Assembly: GCA_050084515.1 (NCBI GenBank)
Contig: CM114271.1
Location: 40,734,001 to 40,798,000 of the forward strand
Direction: 5' to 3'
DNA: 64,000 bases
DNA from: Blasia pusilla
Taxonomy: Eukaryota
Part shown: positions 25,761 through 39,877 of the stretch, in pieces
How the letters are laid out: each line of letters starts with the position of its first letter
Position numbering within the stretch: position 1 is the stretch's first letter
Notes under the pieces: generated by a model
Database searches by the model: none
Told to the model about the DNA's origin: nothing
What the model saw: the letters and a program-made list of their open reading frames with translations, nothing else
Program-made: the position numbers and the translations under genes

Positions 25761-27383
25761 ATGGCAGTCTCGAGTCCAGCAGTGGCAGTTCCTCCATGCG
25801 AGGCCAAATTGCACTCCTTCCACAGCGGCAAGAACGCTCCGCCGCATCAGACTCAGACTGGTTTGTGGGAGACGTATGGGGAGAATGGGAGCGCAGGTGA
25901 CCTCGGTCTGGTGTCCATGGTGCCATCGATGGACCATCAGCAGCAGCAGGAGCGGGAGCAGGCTGCTGCGGGAATCCTGCATTATTCAATGCATCCTTCG
26001 ACTTCGGGATTGTCTCGCAATGAGTCATTCGACTCTGTCACCTCGAAGGACTCATGCACGCCATCCTTCTCGACTGGATCTCCGGTAACAGTGCTTCTAC
26101 CTGAGGCATACTCCAGCGGTACTTCCTCAATGGGCTTGTTCTCCACGAGCATGTCTACTCACGGGTGGGCAAACCCTCAGATTAGCAGCAAGAAGTCCAG
26201 CCCGGAGCACGAGGACGAGTCCGTGCACGAACTTTGGATGCATCAGGAGCAGTTCGTTGCCCACTGCGACCAATTTCTCGCATCCCCGGGACGGGGAACC
26301 TTCTCGTCATTGATGCCCGAATTGACTTACAGATATGACGATCAGGGCTGTGTGAACAACAGCAACGACTTCTCGTCAGTGACCGATCTGGAATGCCTGG
26401 TGCCATCGTCCCACCAAACGCACATTTCCACCACATCGTGCTCTCCAATTCCAAACGAGTCCCAGCAGCAAGCGACCAAATCACCGGAGTCCGTCGGCAA
26501 CACCGTCCACAGCTCTATGCAGCAGCAGGATTTATGCCAGGAGTTCCTCGTCGTCTGCGATGGAACATACTCCGAGCAGACTCCTCCCACCGTCTGCAAC
26601 TCCGGCGTCAACCAAAGATCCGAATCTTCATCGCTGTTGTCTCCGCCGTCCGCGAGGCGCCGTCTGAGCTGGTCAGAATACCAGCTGCCGGAGCGATGCA
26701 ACCAAGGCCCTTCATTGATCCCGGAGAGCCTCCAATTCAATGGCTTCAGCTCTCAGGCATACGATCGCCGCCTACTGGAGAATAACTCCATGAACGACAT
26801 TCAGTACCGCGGCGGTAGTCAAGAGAATGGCGGCAGTCTGAAGCGGCCCTACTCCGCGATGCAATCGACTTGCAGCATGTCCACTTCTGCGGCGGCCACG
26901 GGCCAAAGCTCTTTCCTGAATTTCGGAGCGGGAGGAGCGCCGAAGGTTAATATCAATCAGGCTGCGAGCAACCACCAGCAAGACGCGGCCGCATTGAGCG
27001 CGTTGCTGTACAAGACGCAAGGGAGCGAGCTGATGCAACAGATGCAGCAGGCGCAGGGAACGAGCAGCTCGGATTCAGCTCGGCAAATGCCGCCCCCGAA
27101 GCTGCGCAGGAGGCACGGCACCGCCACTGATCCGCAGAGCATTGCCGCCCGCACGCGGAGGGAGAGATTCAGCGACCGTATACGCATTCTGCAGAGCCTG
27201 GTCCCCAATGGCGAGCGCTTGGACACGGTGTCCATGCTGGGCCACACTTTGGAGTATGTGCGCTTCCTGCAACATCAAGTGTGGCAGCTGTACAATGGCA
27301 ACGACGACGCCGGAGTGTTGCCCGATTCGGAGTGTCGGGAAAAGTGGAAGGAGTTCATGGACGCGCAAACGGTGATGGCTTGA
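25761..27383 (+). CDS. bHLH transcription factor, subfamily-VIII-like (RSL/HECATE/LAX1-related), intronless, ~540 aa
   Basis: First ATG at 25761 (the ORF track starts at an upstream TTG). Long Ser/Gln-rich N-terminus. C-terminal '[55 protein letters not shown]' fits the plant (A/S)TDPQS.AAR.RRE.....L..LVP.G...D...ML....Y..FL pattern. Confidence 0.92.
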   Translation: MAVSSPAVAVPPCEAKLHSFHSGKNAPPHQTQTGLWETYGENGSAGDLGLVSMVPSMDHQQQQEREQAAAGILHYSMHPSTSGLSRNESFDSVTSKDSCTPSFSTGSPVTVLLPEAYSSGTSSMGLFSTSMSTHGWANPQISSKKSSPEHEDESVHELWMHQEQFVAHCDQFLASPGRGTFSSLMPELTYRYDDQGCVNNSNDFSSVTDLECLVPSSHQTHISTTSCSPIPNESQQQATKSPESVGNTVHSSMQQQDLCQEFLVVCDGTYSEQTPPTVCNSGVNQRSESSSLLSPPSARRRLSWSEYQLPERCNQGPSLIPESLQFNGFSSQAYDRRLLENNSMNDIQYRGGSQENGGSLKRPYSAMQSTCSMSTSAAATGQSSFLNFGAGGAPKVNINQAASNHQQDAAALSALLYKTQGSELMQQMQQAQGTSSSDSARQMPPPKLRRRHGTATDPQSIAARTRRERFSDRIRILQSLVPNGERLDTVSMLGHTLEYVRFLQHQVWQLYNGNDDAGVLPDSECREKWKEFMDAQTVMA

Positions 27384-28431
27384 AGAATTACCCTAGAGTC
27401 GTGCAATTAATTTAACCATGATGATGGAGAGAGAACATTTAGTCACTGAATTTTAGAAATTTTTGAAAGCTGATCCATCCCATCGATCGATTGATGAAAA
27501 TGCTAGCATGTTCGTGATGGAGATAGATGAAATTAGATGAGGTGCATGCCACACAGACACTTCTTCAGGCTGTCCAGATGATAAGGAGCTTCTCCAGGCT
27601 GAAAAGGTTTCTACGGTACGGCGGAAGCTGCAAGCAAGTCGACCCAGTTGACCGTTGGTTCATTCATGATCAGCATGCCACAATTTTTTCGACAAACTAC
27701 ATTCATTGAGAGGTGTACAGCAGAGGTCCTGGGAAGCATTCGACGATCGAGCGGCGCTAGACGTCCGACGTCGACCCAACCCGATACTGAATTGGTTTCT
27801 CACCAACATTTGGGTACGTGCGGCACCTGGGCTCCACCAACGTTAATTAGCCCTTAATTGGCCCTGCTCAGAAGCGCTAGACTCCTTCGACGCCGTCAAT
27901 TGACAGACTGCTTCCTTAACAACGTCACTGTCAGCTCAAGCTGGCTGCAAACAGTGCTGGAGGTCGAAGAGTCCGAGCTTCTGAACAGGCCCTACAGTGG
28001 TGGAGCAAGCAAGGTGCCGAACGTTCCAAACAAGACAGGGCAGATCCTGTGTTACTCTTTAAAAGTTAGCTCAAACAAGCGCAATGATTTATGTACAAGG
28101 TTCCATGGATAGCCAGCCCGCCAGCAAACCGCCTGATTGTAAATATGTACAAAGTTGGTCAGCCCTCGTCCATCCAACAAGGAATAGCCTTGTGAGTGAT
28201 GATAACCATCTGATCTCTTACACATACAGACAGGTAGAGAAGAAACCTTTATTCTTTCAGGTTTCGGGGCTGGCCCCTGTACATTTTACGATCCACACAA
28301 TCAATGCAAAGAATTGAAATCCATCCTGCCTATCTCGCGAGTCATTTCCAACAGCCCTTTGTGCATGCTTGCAATTGTATGTATCCTTCATTCATGACGA
28401 CGTACATTTGGCTCTCACTTGCGTCTTTTCG

Positions 28432-28434
<3 letters not shown>

Positions 28435-28482
<48 letters not shown>
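28435..28482. repeat. (TC)24 microsatellite
   Basis: Uninterrupted TC run. Confidence 0.97.
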
Positions 28483-28487
<5 letters not shown>

Positions 28488-31400
28488 TTCAGTTAGAGTT
28501 AAGCACTTTAATTTCTTTGCTGAGCTTCAGATGCATGCAAACGTTGTGTGTGTCACCTCCATTGCGGTGCTTGACGGTGCTTGCGACTATTGTCGTGAGT
28601 TCACTGCCCAGAGGAGGAGCGCTGTCTCCTCTGGTCCGCGCTACTCCCTCGCGTATCGAGCGACAGGTGGAGTCACGCCTGGTCTCGAGGAGATACGGCG
28701 AAGTCAACTCTTCTCGAGACTGGAGTTCAGCTTCTGCCGTCTTGTCATTCGTGTGATAGATGAATATCACGATGGATGCAGTTTCGTTCGCAGCGGAGGT
28801 ACGTGACTCGCCCTCATGAATGGTCAAAATTGCTGTGCAACTTAGGAAGCGGAGCTCATACGGTTCTGCGTAGATGTTTTATATTCCATGGATCGGAAAC
28901 GTTCGGTGCGCACCAGGGGGTACGTGAGTTAGCGTTATAATTGTCACCATCACCCATCCCATGGACCGGAGCTTCAGCTGTATTGTGCACATTTTTGTGT
29001 ATGTCTTCATGACATTGGACAAATTTGCTTCGCACTAGTTAGTAAGTCATATCTTTGTGGTCTCAATGTCTGCGTGCAAAAGGACCCGTGTTTCTGCAGT
29101 CGTGCTGACATTTGTGTATGTCTGACGGGATGAAGTTTCGTCCCGAGAGACCGGTAAGCTGTTCTTTTGGCCACAACCTCTTCACCAAGGGATCAGAGCT
29201 TCGGAGATAACCGTTCTGAGCATACTTCCTCATGAATGCCATGGTCACGCTTAGACATTCATTTCGTTCGCAGCGGTGAGTTAAATCCCTATGATCACAT
29301 TCTACCATGTGGTGCAAAGGGACCAGAGCTTCTGAAGTAACCGTTATGACCACATGTATTAACATGCGTATGTCTCGTTTCACCGGGATTTGACAAACAA
29401 GTTCGGTACTTCCACTCTCCAGGGAGAAATGTGAGTTATCCCTTTGTGATCACAATCTCTGTGCGCAGAGAACTATAGTCTGTTCGTGTCGTCATATGCT
29501 GATATATGTAAGAAAGACGTTTCTCCTCGAATGTGTCGAACGTCAAAACTGCAGCACTTCAGGAGTGATATCTCCAAAATGTCCGTCTTGAAGTCAGTCG
29601 ACTGACCCCCGTTAAAGTGTGTGATCCAGAGGGCAGATCATCTGAAAAAGTTGTGAAGTTGTGATAGTTCAGACGGTGAAACGTAATTTCGATCCTAACC
29701 GGCCCCGATGTCTTCCACAGAGTTTGTACGTACGTGTTATTCCTAGCTCCGGGTGACTATGCTCTCACAGGTATACTCACCATGACACTTGACGCATGCA
29801 ACTGGAGTGGAGCTGGTGAAATCGAAGATGCTTAAGCGATACGACTACATGATAACCCTAAGGAGATGATAGTGGTGTGGGTCAGCGTATTGATGGCCAT
29901 GCACAAAATGAATTTATCGCAATTTTAGACATCGGCCAGCGCTTCAGCCACTCGTTATCAGGCGTACAAGTACATCGAGCACGAGTATTTCTAAACGGGG
30001 TTTTCTTGGCAAGTTCCTCGAGAAGCTTACACGTCGAGAATTTGTTAAACGTACGTACGTAGAGTTTGGGCCAGTGAGGAAATACAAGTACAGTGTAGAG
30101 ACTTGGGAAGCTCCTAGGTGGCACTGGCAAGTTCTTAGCCAGTAGCCATACCTATGTTTGACAGATAATATCCATCGATTCCAGGAGCTTGCCATACAAG
30201 TGGTGCCTCCTTTGGTTGAGCAATCTTCGGTGCTCTATGAATTCTAATATCTAATATTCTGGCCAACTCAGTTTCGTCAGCATTCGTTGTTCTGCGCTCG
30301 ATGCTACTGCACTGGTTACATTGAGCGCTGCGGTTCTCATTCCACCTCTTTAATTAGCAAGTACTGCAACTCGATCGGTTGATAACACGAAACTTGGCGC
30401 GCTACATTGAGCGGTGAAAATTTAGAAGTCGGGAGTTAAATTGGGGCTTCACAATGACAAGGTTGCAAGCGCACGGAACGATCGATCTCCGGCACTGCAA
30501 GTAGGCCGCGCTTTGAGGCAGCCTCATCGGTGAACAATGTTCTTACACTGAAGCTCCCCTGCCATATCTGTAGGAGTCCGAGCTCGTACAGGTTCAACAC
30601 ACATGCAGTTTCTACCTCGAGTGGCGCATAATTTTAAATGAGCTTGACGGGAGTGTGTATGCGAGGCGAGGTTGCATCGATATGGATAATAAATTTCTTG
30701 ATCGGTGGGACATATCTATGGAGCGATTTTGTCGACGTCGAGAGTAGTAAGCGAAATAATGCGCAGGTTGGGAAAGAATTGGAAGAGGGCCCACCTTCCT
30801 AACCGAAAGTCTTGAAGGTATCGATAGGACTGAAAACATGCTTGTTCGTGCATTGACTTCGCGATCTGGACTGCCAAGTGATTAAAACGAGCTCCGGAAA
30901 GGAGATGCGTAAAGTCAGATTTGAAGAGTCGGTCATTTTTTAGGGTGATACATGTTACCTGCATAAAATTTGGCTTACGATGAGATGAGGAGTTGTTCAT
31001 TCCCCTCTATCGACCAGGCCTCATCAATTGCCTTGTCCATTTCGACTGTTGTTAGATCCCTTTCTGCTGATCGAACGCAAGAGTCGTGAGTCGTACGAGT
31101 ATTGTTGCTTCGGATATCCTTTGATCCGAAGTATCGGCTACACCGATGCCGGCGGAATTGCAGGTTCCAAGAAACCGACGCGGATCATACGAGTAGTCGT
31201 ACCCCTACGAGCTCGAGGTGACTTCGCTTCGAGTCCCCATCGATCGCTGACTTCGAGTCCTCCCCGATCGCCGAATGCATTTTACGCACTCTTTCTTGTA
31301 AACGAAGTCTAATGAAGTGCAAGCGATCAAACTCAAGGTAGCTACATTTACCCCTTGCAAGTTAAGGTAAGGTACCTAATTAATTTCGGCGTTCATCTGG

Positions 31401-34400
31401 AACGGCTGTTGAACACCGTGGGCATCGTTCTTGGACCCTGCTATGATTTCCTCCCATGTGAATTTGCAGCTACCTCGAAGATTCTTTGTTTTAAACTGAC
31501 CTCCCTCCCTCATGCTAGGCTTTCCGATCGCGACAACATAACTCCAGCGTTTCGGATCCGTGGGTGAACGTACCTACCTTACTGGGCAAGCTTACTAGGC
31601 AGTCCGGAGCAACGTTTAACCCGGGCGTGAACTCCTTGTAGATGTACCGGGCCGTCGACATTAAGGGTACTATAGTGCGGGGAGGTCCCTGGAGACTTGC
31701 TTGAGCCTTGAGCGGCAGCATGCTCCAGAAATGTCCTAGATAATCGTGACACGGTGACCTACTTAATCCAAGGTACGTTTCCTTCGCAACTATGTAACGA
31801 ACGCTCGTCAAGGATCCCGATGGATCTCTTATCTACAACTTGTTGTATGAATGGTCTTGGATATCGATCAATCAGTACGAGCTAGTAATGAGGAGGTCTA
31901 TCCAAAATATTCTCCGATCGAAGGGTAGGATGTGCTCAAGCCCGAGAAACATATTGTAATGCTCTCCTACATCGACGAGATCGAAGAGGAGCTGCTAAAA
32001 TTAGTCCCCCGTGGACGGACCGGACCGGCAGGGAAGAGAAATTATTAAAAAACGTCGCAACCGACCATGAAATCTTCCCTAGCCTCCAGAGCAGGAACAG
32101 TGATCGCGACATCCTCGCTCTCAATCGCAATCACGAGTAGAACAGCGGCTGGAATAGCCCGCAAATAACAGCTCAGTTAGAAGTGCGGACATGTGCAGTA
32201 TCTTTGCAGTCGATATCGGGGCCGACGGGCTATATTTAGGTCGACGTTAGGTTAGAATCTACAGCGCCTTCAGACTTTCCTCCGTCAGAAGCTCTAGCAC
32301 GCGATCGAACTGTAAAATAATTAATGAAATCGCGCGCGCGCGCGTTTGGAGTACTCTCAGCGCGGAACCGAAGGCGTTTAGGGTGGTCATCCACGGTTTG
32401 ACAACTTGCTTCTCTCGAGAGAGACCGGTAAGCTGGACTACGTACGCAAACTCGGAACAGCGCTGTCACAGGGAGACTGTCGAAATTATGTAAAACGCCC
32501 GAGCTCACTAGACTAGCTATATGCGAGTAGTAGGGTTTAGGTGAAATCGAGTTCGTTCAACAACGAGACTAAGTGTGCTTTTCGTCAAGATAACTGTAGT
32601 TGAATTTTTCGTTGAACGTTCAAGTAAATAGAATCCATGCTTATTGCCAAGCTCTAGCCGTGACCCAGGCCAGGACTCGAGAGGTTGAATGGTGATAACG
32701 CGGACAGATCATGACAACCTAGCTTGGAATAGTCAACATGCTTAGACCGGTACTGCGTCCGGGTCTACGCGAAGCAGTTAGAAGAGACTGTATTCACATG
32801 GACGATCTTCCGGTGACCGTGTCTTCGAATCGATCCAGCTCTCGTCAGAAGAGGGGACCATGGCAGGGATAGTGACGCCGGTTTACGTTGTAAGAAAATC
32901 TCACCTTCGGGAATTCTCCCCGAAGCTTTGACCCAGATCCACTGTAGCTCCAAGCTGGCCTGGCATCGACAGCGACGCTAAGCATAAAGCATGTAGGGTC
33001 GCCAATTTCACCAGGTTTTGGCACAAACACTTTATTGTTTCGCAAATTCCAATTAATGCGCACACAGTTTTTGACAAGCTCTAGACACTTCGAGTCTTCG
33101 AGCCTTCCCGACCGACGTCCCGAACCTAGTCCAGTTAAACCGGATCAGACAACCACCGACTTCTAGCTATCCCAAGTCTCTAACACGTACCCTTCGATCG
33201 CTGAACCAGCGCTCACGAGGGAACATACTACACCGTCTCTTCCCTCTCGTCACCTGAAGCCCCGAAGCTCTTCAGATAGTACTGGAAAGGAATGAAATCT
33301 TCATCTCTCTGGTCGACGGTACGATATCTGAAATGTCGACCGGCGTTAACTTTGATCGAGCTCTAGAGCTTTCAGTTTCCAGTAGCGACAGGTGGACTCG
33401 AGTTATTAATGTTTCAAAAAGTGATTCCGTGTATCCCCATGGGAATTCTCTCTAGAGAACGCACGGTCCAAGTGGTACTGCTGCTACAGAGTTCTTGTCC
33501 ATCAATTGTCTCTAGCCAGCCTGAGACATATCTATAGTACTTAGATTACAGCGGGCCTCAAGGGCTCTTCGATTTAACAGTCAGGTGGTGCAGGCCCCGG
33601 GCGCTCTTGACGCGAAGATGAAATATTTACTTTGCTCTCGAAATCTAGAAATTCTTGAACCCTCGAGGTCGATCTGGTTTTCGTATGCATGTCTGCATGT
33701 TACAGCTCCTGACCACCTGTGTTCCAAGTTGCATCATCTTTGAGGAGGCCCACTCTGCTTGACAAGCCAGTACGCACCAGATATTCAGAAGATTGCAAGG
33801 GATCACACCAGGAGTCCTCTGTAGACCTCAAGGGCGAAATCCCTACCGCATTGGGAGCCCGGTCTCGTCGTCTGCGTGACGAGGTCTAGGTCTTGCACTG
33901 GTCGCCTAAGTTTCAAATTTTGAAGTCCATCCATAAGCCCTGGAGCGTATATGTGCACACTGCGAGTGCTGTAGATTTTCCAAGGAGACCGCAGTTATAC
34001 CCGAGGACTGGAATGCTTGAGCTCCACGGACGGAAACAAATCCTCGACAGACAGGCTAAGGTTAGTCTGTCTTTGGATGAAAATCCACAGTCAGTCGTAG
34101 AGCGGGGATGCTTAAGTTTCAGGTGCCGGGGCGAGCGCGGCCGCAGTAATCTACCTGTAGGTATCTATCACACACGGATGCCGATACCTGACAGATCTAG
34201 AAAGACCACAGTGAACAAGCAGTCCGAGATAAAAGCACGAGGGGCCTCGGGAATGGCGTCGGAGCGTCAGAGTCACTCGACCACCAACAGAAACATGCAC
34301 CGGCAATGCGCTCTAGCAGTCAAGTGTGAGGAGGGCGTCAAAAGTAGCTCCAGCGCCTTCACGAATGAGGTAAAGCTTGCGACTGCTTGCAGTGCCTTGA

Positions 34401-36800
34401 ACAAGCAGGGTGAAAAGAAAAAAACTGTCTAGATCATAGTCTAATCTGAGAAGTGTGATCGGTACACGACCCAAAGCCCTAAAAGGAATATTTTATTGGT
34501 TGTCTAGAGCTAAAAGTTGATGACAATGCATCGATCGGTGCGTGAGAGTACGTCTTGTGCGTATTAAACTGAGGTCGTGCCTGTGATGCATACCGATCAG
34601 TAAAGAAGGCAGAGAGCTAGTGGGATCCCACTGTCACATCCGTCCAAGGCTCACTCTGAGGTGCACTGCCTCGAGGCGCTCGAGCGCAAGCAGTCGTGCA
34701 CGTACACATTCCGATCCCTTCGACAACAATCGATCAGATAGCTTTTCATCATAACAGGTCTCATCACAGGTGAAAACGCAACATGTGCAAATGTAAGGCG
34801 TTTCTGCTCCCACGATTCTCTAGCTTAATTTCTAGCCAGGCCGATTCTACCGATGCATTGGCATTTGCACCCATCCGATCAGGTTGTATGTAATTATATC
34901 GAGTGAATGTACTCGAGCCTTTTAAAAACGTGTCGAAGAAAGAGAAAATGATTGCTCCAAATTTTGCCCACATGTTTAGTATAAACTGGCTCTGGGATGC
35001 CCCCTTTGCAAGTAGTCATGATTCCATTGGCGCTTTCTCACATAGTTTATGCATAGTTTTCTCATGGACGAATAGATATGTAGGCCTAGAGAGAGATCAC
35101 GAATCCAGGACATGCCCTTGGAAGCTCCTCATTTCACACACTTGCTCAGTCGGAAATGTCCATTCCTCTTGTACTATTCCACTGCCAATAGATCTGGGCG
35201 AACGATCCTGTCATTGGGTTCAGATCCAGACAAGTCTACACTCCCTTAATACGTCTCGTCATCATGTCTGATCATGTCCATGCACACGGCTCACTGTGAA
35301 TAACTTCGCCACTCGAGGGGTGGGGTCGTAGTGAGGCGGGTGATTGGATTTTCCCAGCCGGATGATTCGATTTGTCCTTTTCTACGTCGCGCCCATCTCT
35401 CAGCTATCTCGCGCGATCTCTCCTCATCGGGAGAGCAGTTGAGCAGCATCGGATCGATATCGTATAATAATACCGTTCGAACTTCGCTCTTCGATCGTCC
35501 GTCCGAGAGAAAGAATGAATTGTTGCCGCTGCTGCTGAGCCCAGGTTGAAAGATCGCGAATGTGGCGATGCCAGCTGTGCGTCGAGACAACCCGGGTCGT
35601 AGAATCGATCCTTGCATTTCCGGGACCGGCACGACGTTTTGGCTTTATGGCTTTTGCTGCCGTCCACCCGACTGCCACTGGACTTCGGGCTCCAATAGGC
35701 ACTTCTCGCGACATACACAATTGTCGCGCGCGCGCGCGCACTGTGCGCGAACTAGGTCGTCTTCTACACTGTGCGGCTGCCGCAGCGCAAACGGTCCATG
35801 CGATCGGGCATTTCACAACGGACTCGTACTTCTTAAGTCACAGAACAGTACATTCTCCGCCCGTTTAATCCACATATCCGCAAATGCGATCATTTAGTAC
35901 GTCTCGATCGATGTTCGACCGCACATGTATTGATCCGATTCATGCGCTTAAGTGGGATTGCGGTGGTTTCTCGTCGCGGGATCCGTCAATCCGGAGGCTC
36001 CCTCTAACGTCGGCATTTACGAACCCGCGTTTGAGTGAACCAGAATTCCGGTCACTGAATGGTCGAGATCTGCACCGCCGCTGCTGCAGCAGCGCACGAG
36101 CCTGTGGTTGACTGGGCTACAGTAGTCCTCGTTTGGGTCCAGCCTACTCCGGTCCCGGGGTCTGTCTTCTTCTGTTTGTCTGTCCGCTCCGCTCCGCTCC
36201 GGTCTGGTCCCCAGAGCCTTGAGAAGAAACTTCACCAACGGCACGAGAGTTACTTTCGATCGGTTGACTCTCCGTACGTGCATGAGTCGAGGGAGGGAAC
36301 GGCTTGCTTCCTTGTGAGGCGAAGCCTGGGCCGGCGAGCATCGTAGTTTCGGAGAGGACGTATCTCATCGCGTACAGTACATACAGCAGACGAGGCCAAC
36401 GTCAACGAGGAATTTGTCCTTTAGGGTAAGAGCCAAGGCCGAAGAACGCCTGGGGCACACGCTTGCGGTTGACAGGCTGTCGCTGCCCGACCTCGGGCAC
36501 GAGCCGGAACGGCATGTGTGCCGTAGATGGTCTTTCTCGATCCCCGAGCTCCTTGTTTTTCGTCTGCTCTTGCTGCGATCTGTGTGAATCGTTCCGTCCC
36601 GGCTTCGTGCTTGTGCTTCTTCCCTCTTTCGCTTTCTCGCATCTCTACTATCCATGATGTTGTGTCCTGGCGGAGAAGAAACCACCACTGCCCCTTCCAC
36701 TGAAAGAATCTCGCCTTCTCTCTCATCGATCTTCTCCTCTGGTCAGCCAGACGAGACGAACGACAGCCTTGTGGATCTAATGGCTTCTTCTCGCACAGTG

Positions 36801-36857
36801 CCGCCGCCGCCTCCTCCTCCTCCTCCTCCTCCTCCTCCCCCTCTTCCTCCTCCTCTT
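36801..36857. repeat. (CCG)3(CCT)n trinucleotide tract
   Basis: Read directly. It explains the poly-Pro and poly-Arg in the short ORFs here. Confidence 0.9.
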
Positions 36858-38299
36858 GTCGCCTAATGCGGGAGCGCTCCCGCTCATGGTGGGGGGGGAG
36901 GGCGACGCGAGGAGAGACGACGAACGAGCACTCTCGCTCTCCTCAGCATGATCGATCCTTCTCCTTCCACTGCCTATTTTCGGTGCCGGAGGCATCTGTC
37001 GATTGCGTTTCCCCTGACCATGGCAGAGGTTAGAGAGCGTGGTGGCCCAGACATGTAGATTCGCCCGCACCTCAGAGCGGAGGAGGAGCTGCGGAATATC
37101 TCTTCCTCTTCAATCAGAGCTCGATCGCGATTCCCGATCGTGCTCGAGTTTTAAATTCTCTACGCAGTTTTTCAACTCGACCGCTGGCAACACTGGGAAG
37201 TGCGTGTGTCAAGCACGAGAGCAAACAAAACAAACGATCTACTGCCTCGCGACAACTTCTTTCGTCTCCTCTCCTCTCTTCTTCCCTCCTCCTTTCCGAA
37301 TTGCACAAGCAAACGCGGGCTAGAAGATCCCGCGCTCGTCATTAATGAAGTACAAAAATCTTTCCTTTCGTCATTTTACAAGGATCCCCACGCACTTCGA
37401 TTCGTACATTCTACCTTCTTTTCATGTCATTTTGTTCATGCGGCACTAAGAATAATGGCTTTGTAGCAATTTTCAAGAAAATAGCAAGTGTGGTATTTAT
37501 ATTATTTATTAAGGTGAGAAAATTATTACAAGGAGAAAAAAATTTACAATAATCAAATTTTTGTGAATGAAAGTTTCATTGTTATTAATTGATGATATTA
37601 TAATTTAGACGGGTAATCTCTTTTTTTTTACTCCTACTATTTTCGAAAATAGTATGTTACATTTACTAAAATTAGAATGGATTTTGGATTTTTTTCATCT
37701 TATTGAAATTTGGGACACTTGATCATCCAAGTGTATGTAAGTTTCTTGCAAAATTTCAATGAAAATTGACGTGTGACAAAAAGAGAAGAAATAGATAAGT
37801 GAATTTTTGACCTGCACGATTATTCCTTCGAAGGACAAAGATCTATTCATCTGTCATCGTGTTCGAGTTTGTAATCGTCATGTGCAATGTGGGCCACTTC
37901 ATCATCCAAGTGTATCCAAGCTTCAAGCAAGATTTCAACGAAATTGGAGATAAGGCCAAAAGCCCAAAAATGGCTTAGTGGATTGTCGACCAGCGCGATA
38001 AAACCTTGTAAGGAAAGAGGGTGTGTCCATTTCTCTCATCTTCTTCAATTTTTTTCCCCACAAATCCTATCTTGACATTCAACTTTCTCTCTTTTGGTGT
38101 TTTGGAAAGTGTCTAATATAACTTCCTAACAAAAGATTTTGGAAACTAAAAGTATAGCAAATTTTTCTCTCTTGAAAATGGTACTTTTCAATTTGAGCTT
38201 CCATGTAAAACATTGTTTTATTATTAAGAATGTTACAAAAAAGAATGTGTACAATACTCTTTACGAAACAAGTTCCCTAACATCACCAATCATTCTACT

Positions 38300-39016
38300 A
38301 CTCTAGGTCGTCTCTCCAAATTCTCATGACTTCGACACATCTATCTCACATGTGGGCATCGTTGGTTGTCTCGGCAACATTGATAGTGTATGCAATGCCT
38401 CCGACAAGGTAAACGAGTGGGGAACTCTCGCTTGTCGCCCATCGGTCTCCTCCTTTGGGTCTATCTCCATCCCACCTCTCGATGGCTCAGTCACTCTCAT
38501 AGCACCCTAAGTCATCATTGCAACAGCCTCTACCTGAGCTCCACTACACACAAATCCCATGCTAGAGAAATCCTCTCCTTTCTCTTGATAAGAATTGGAA
38601 GCGCCACCCAAAGTAGATGCTCTCGGGTTCAAATCTATCCCCGGTTCATGGCCGCCATCCTCTGCTCCAATTGATCGATGCATGAGAGAAGCGCCGCCTC
38701 CGATGTACGCGCTCCATCTCCTCTAGCAGTTGGTGGACCTCTACCACCACAACCAAAATCTCCACGACCTCCACTAGACAAACGCTCCTAGGCCCTTGGC
38801 CTACCTCTAAACATGCCTCTCGACCAAGATTGAAACACTAGACACTTGTCTCTAGTGTGATCATATCGATGGCAATGGTCACACTTCAACTATGGTGGGG
38901 CCGTTCTAGGTGGCTCATAAGCAATCCAAGGTGCCCTCAGCCTTCTACCATATTGTGGGAAGTCCCTTTGCCTATGGGGCCCACCATACATCCAACAAGC
39001 CATCATCGGTCCCTCT
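38300..39016 (-). pseudogene. 3' part of gag of a host Ty3/gypsy-type element (zinc knuckles)
   Basis: Minus strand 38883-38842 encodes CDHCHRYDHTRDKC, a perfect CX2CX4HX4C. A degenerate knuckle CWMYGGPHRQRDF lies at ~38960-38998. RVPHSFTLSE at ~38400-38430 is homologous to RLPQSFTLSE in the nested element. Confidence 0.75.
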
Positions 39017-39017
39017 T

Positions 39018-39563
39018 GCTCTCTCACACACTCATTCTCTCTTTATAAAATAAGATCCAATCTCTCTCACGACACCATAGTTCTCACATGTGTGCACTCT
39101 CACATGTCTCTCTCAATGTCAAACCAAACCCACTCTCTTAATGAGAGTCTTGGGTTACACACACAAGGCAAGCAAGACCATAGCTTCGCCGCCTCATGCC
39201 AAGAGGTTCAACAAAGAGAGAATGAGTTCTTAAGCTCTCTATCCTTGAGGTATATCCCTCCCCTCTCCCAAGCTCTTTCCATGGTAACCTATGCTTCCAA
39301 GTCACCTCCTTGGCTCTTGACCTCATGTAGGAGGTCAAGTTCCACTTACCAAAAATAGAAATTTGATCATCTACTCAAAATGGTACTTACCTAAAATAGT
39401 AAGTTCCTCAATATGGCTCCAAATGAGTCGAAACGAAAGGGAAACTTGCTCTCTCAAGTTTCCTAGGGCCTGAGTAGGTCATCCTCGACCTACTGAGGGT
39501 GTCCTCTACTACTCACGAAGGCACTCTACTATATCTCACCGATCTATCCTAAAAGACGTGATA
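39018..39563 (-). repeat. 3' LTR (possibly truncated at its left end)
   Basis: Aligns to 47561-48182. Its minus-strand start is TATCACGTC vs TGTCACGTC in the other copy. Confidence 0.85.
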
Positions 39564-39877
39564 GCTATCGTGCGCATATACATCGTTACATAATATACAT
39601 CGTTGTCACCAAACACACACACAAACACGCACGATCCCATGCTTACTCATGGCATCCAAACGAGACAAAAAGTACCAAAATATCTCCAATCGCCTCCCTA
39701 GCTGGTGGTCAGGTCCCTCTAACTCCAAATAGCCATCTATCCCTACCTACCATGATATACATCTCTCGGACGCTAAGAGGAGCAAGAAGGCCGGGTGCTC
39801 ATTAGGCCCCATCGTTAGTCGCCTTCTTGTCATCCATGTCACAGACACAAGTCGGAATATAGAACTACCTACTCTAT

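Noticed and set aside
34661-34673. TGCACTGCCTC resembling the 5' part of miR408
   Set aside because: The match stops after ~11 nt and no complementary arm was seen.
36654-37070. Poly-Pro and poly-Arg short ORFs
   Set aside because: Explained by the CCG/CCT microsatellite. No signal peptide or known peptide motif (CLE, RTFL) recognised.
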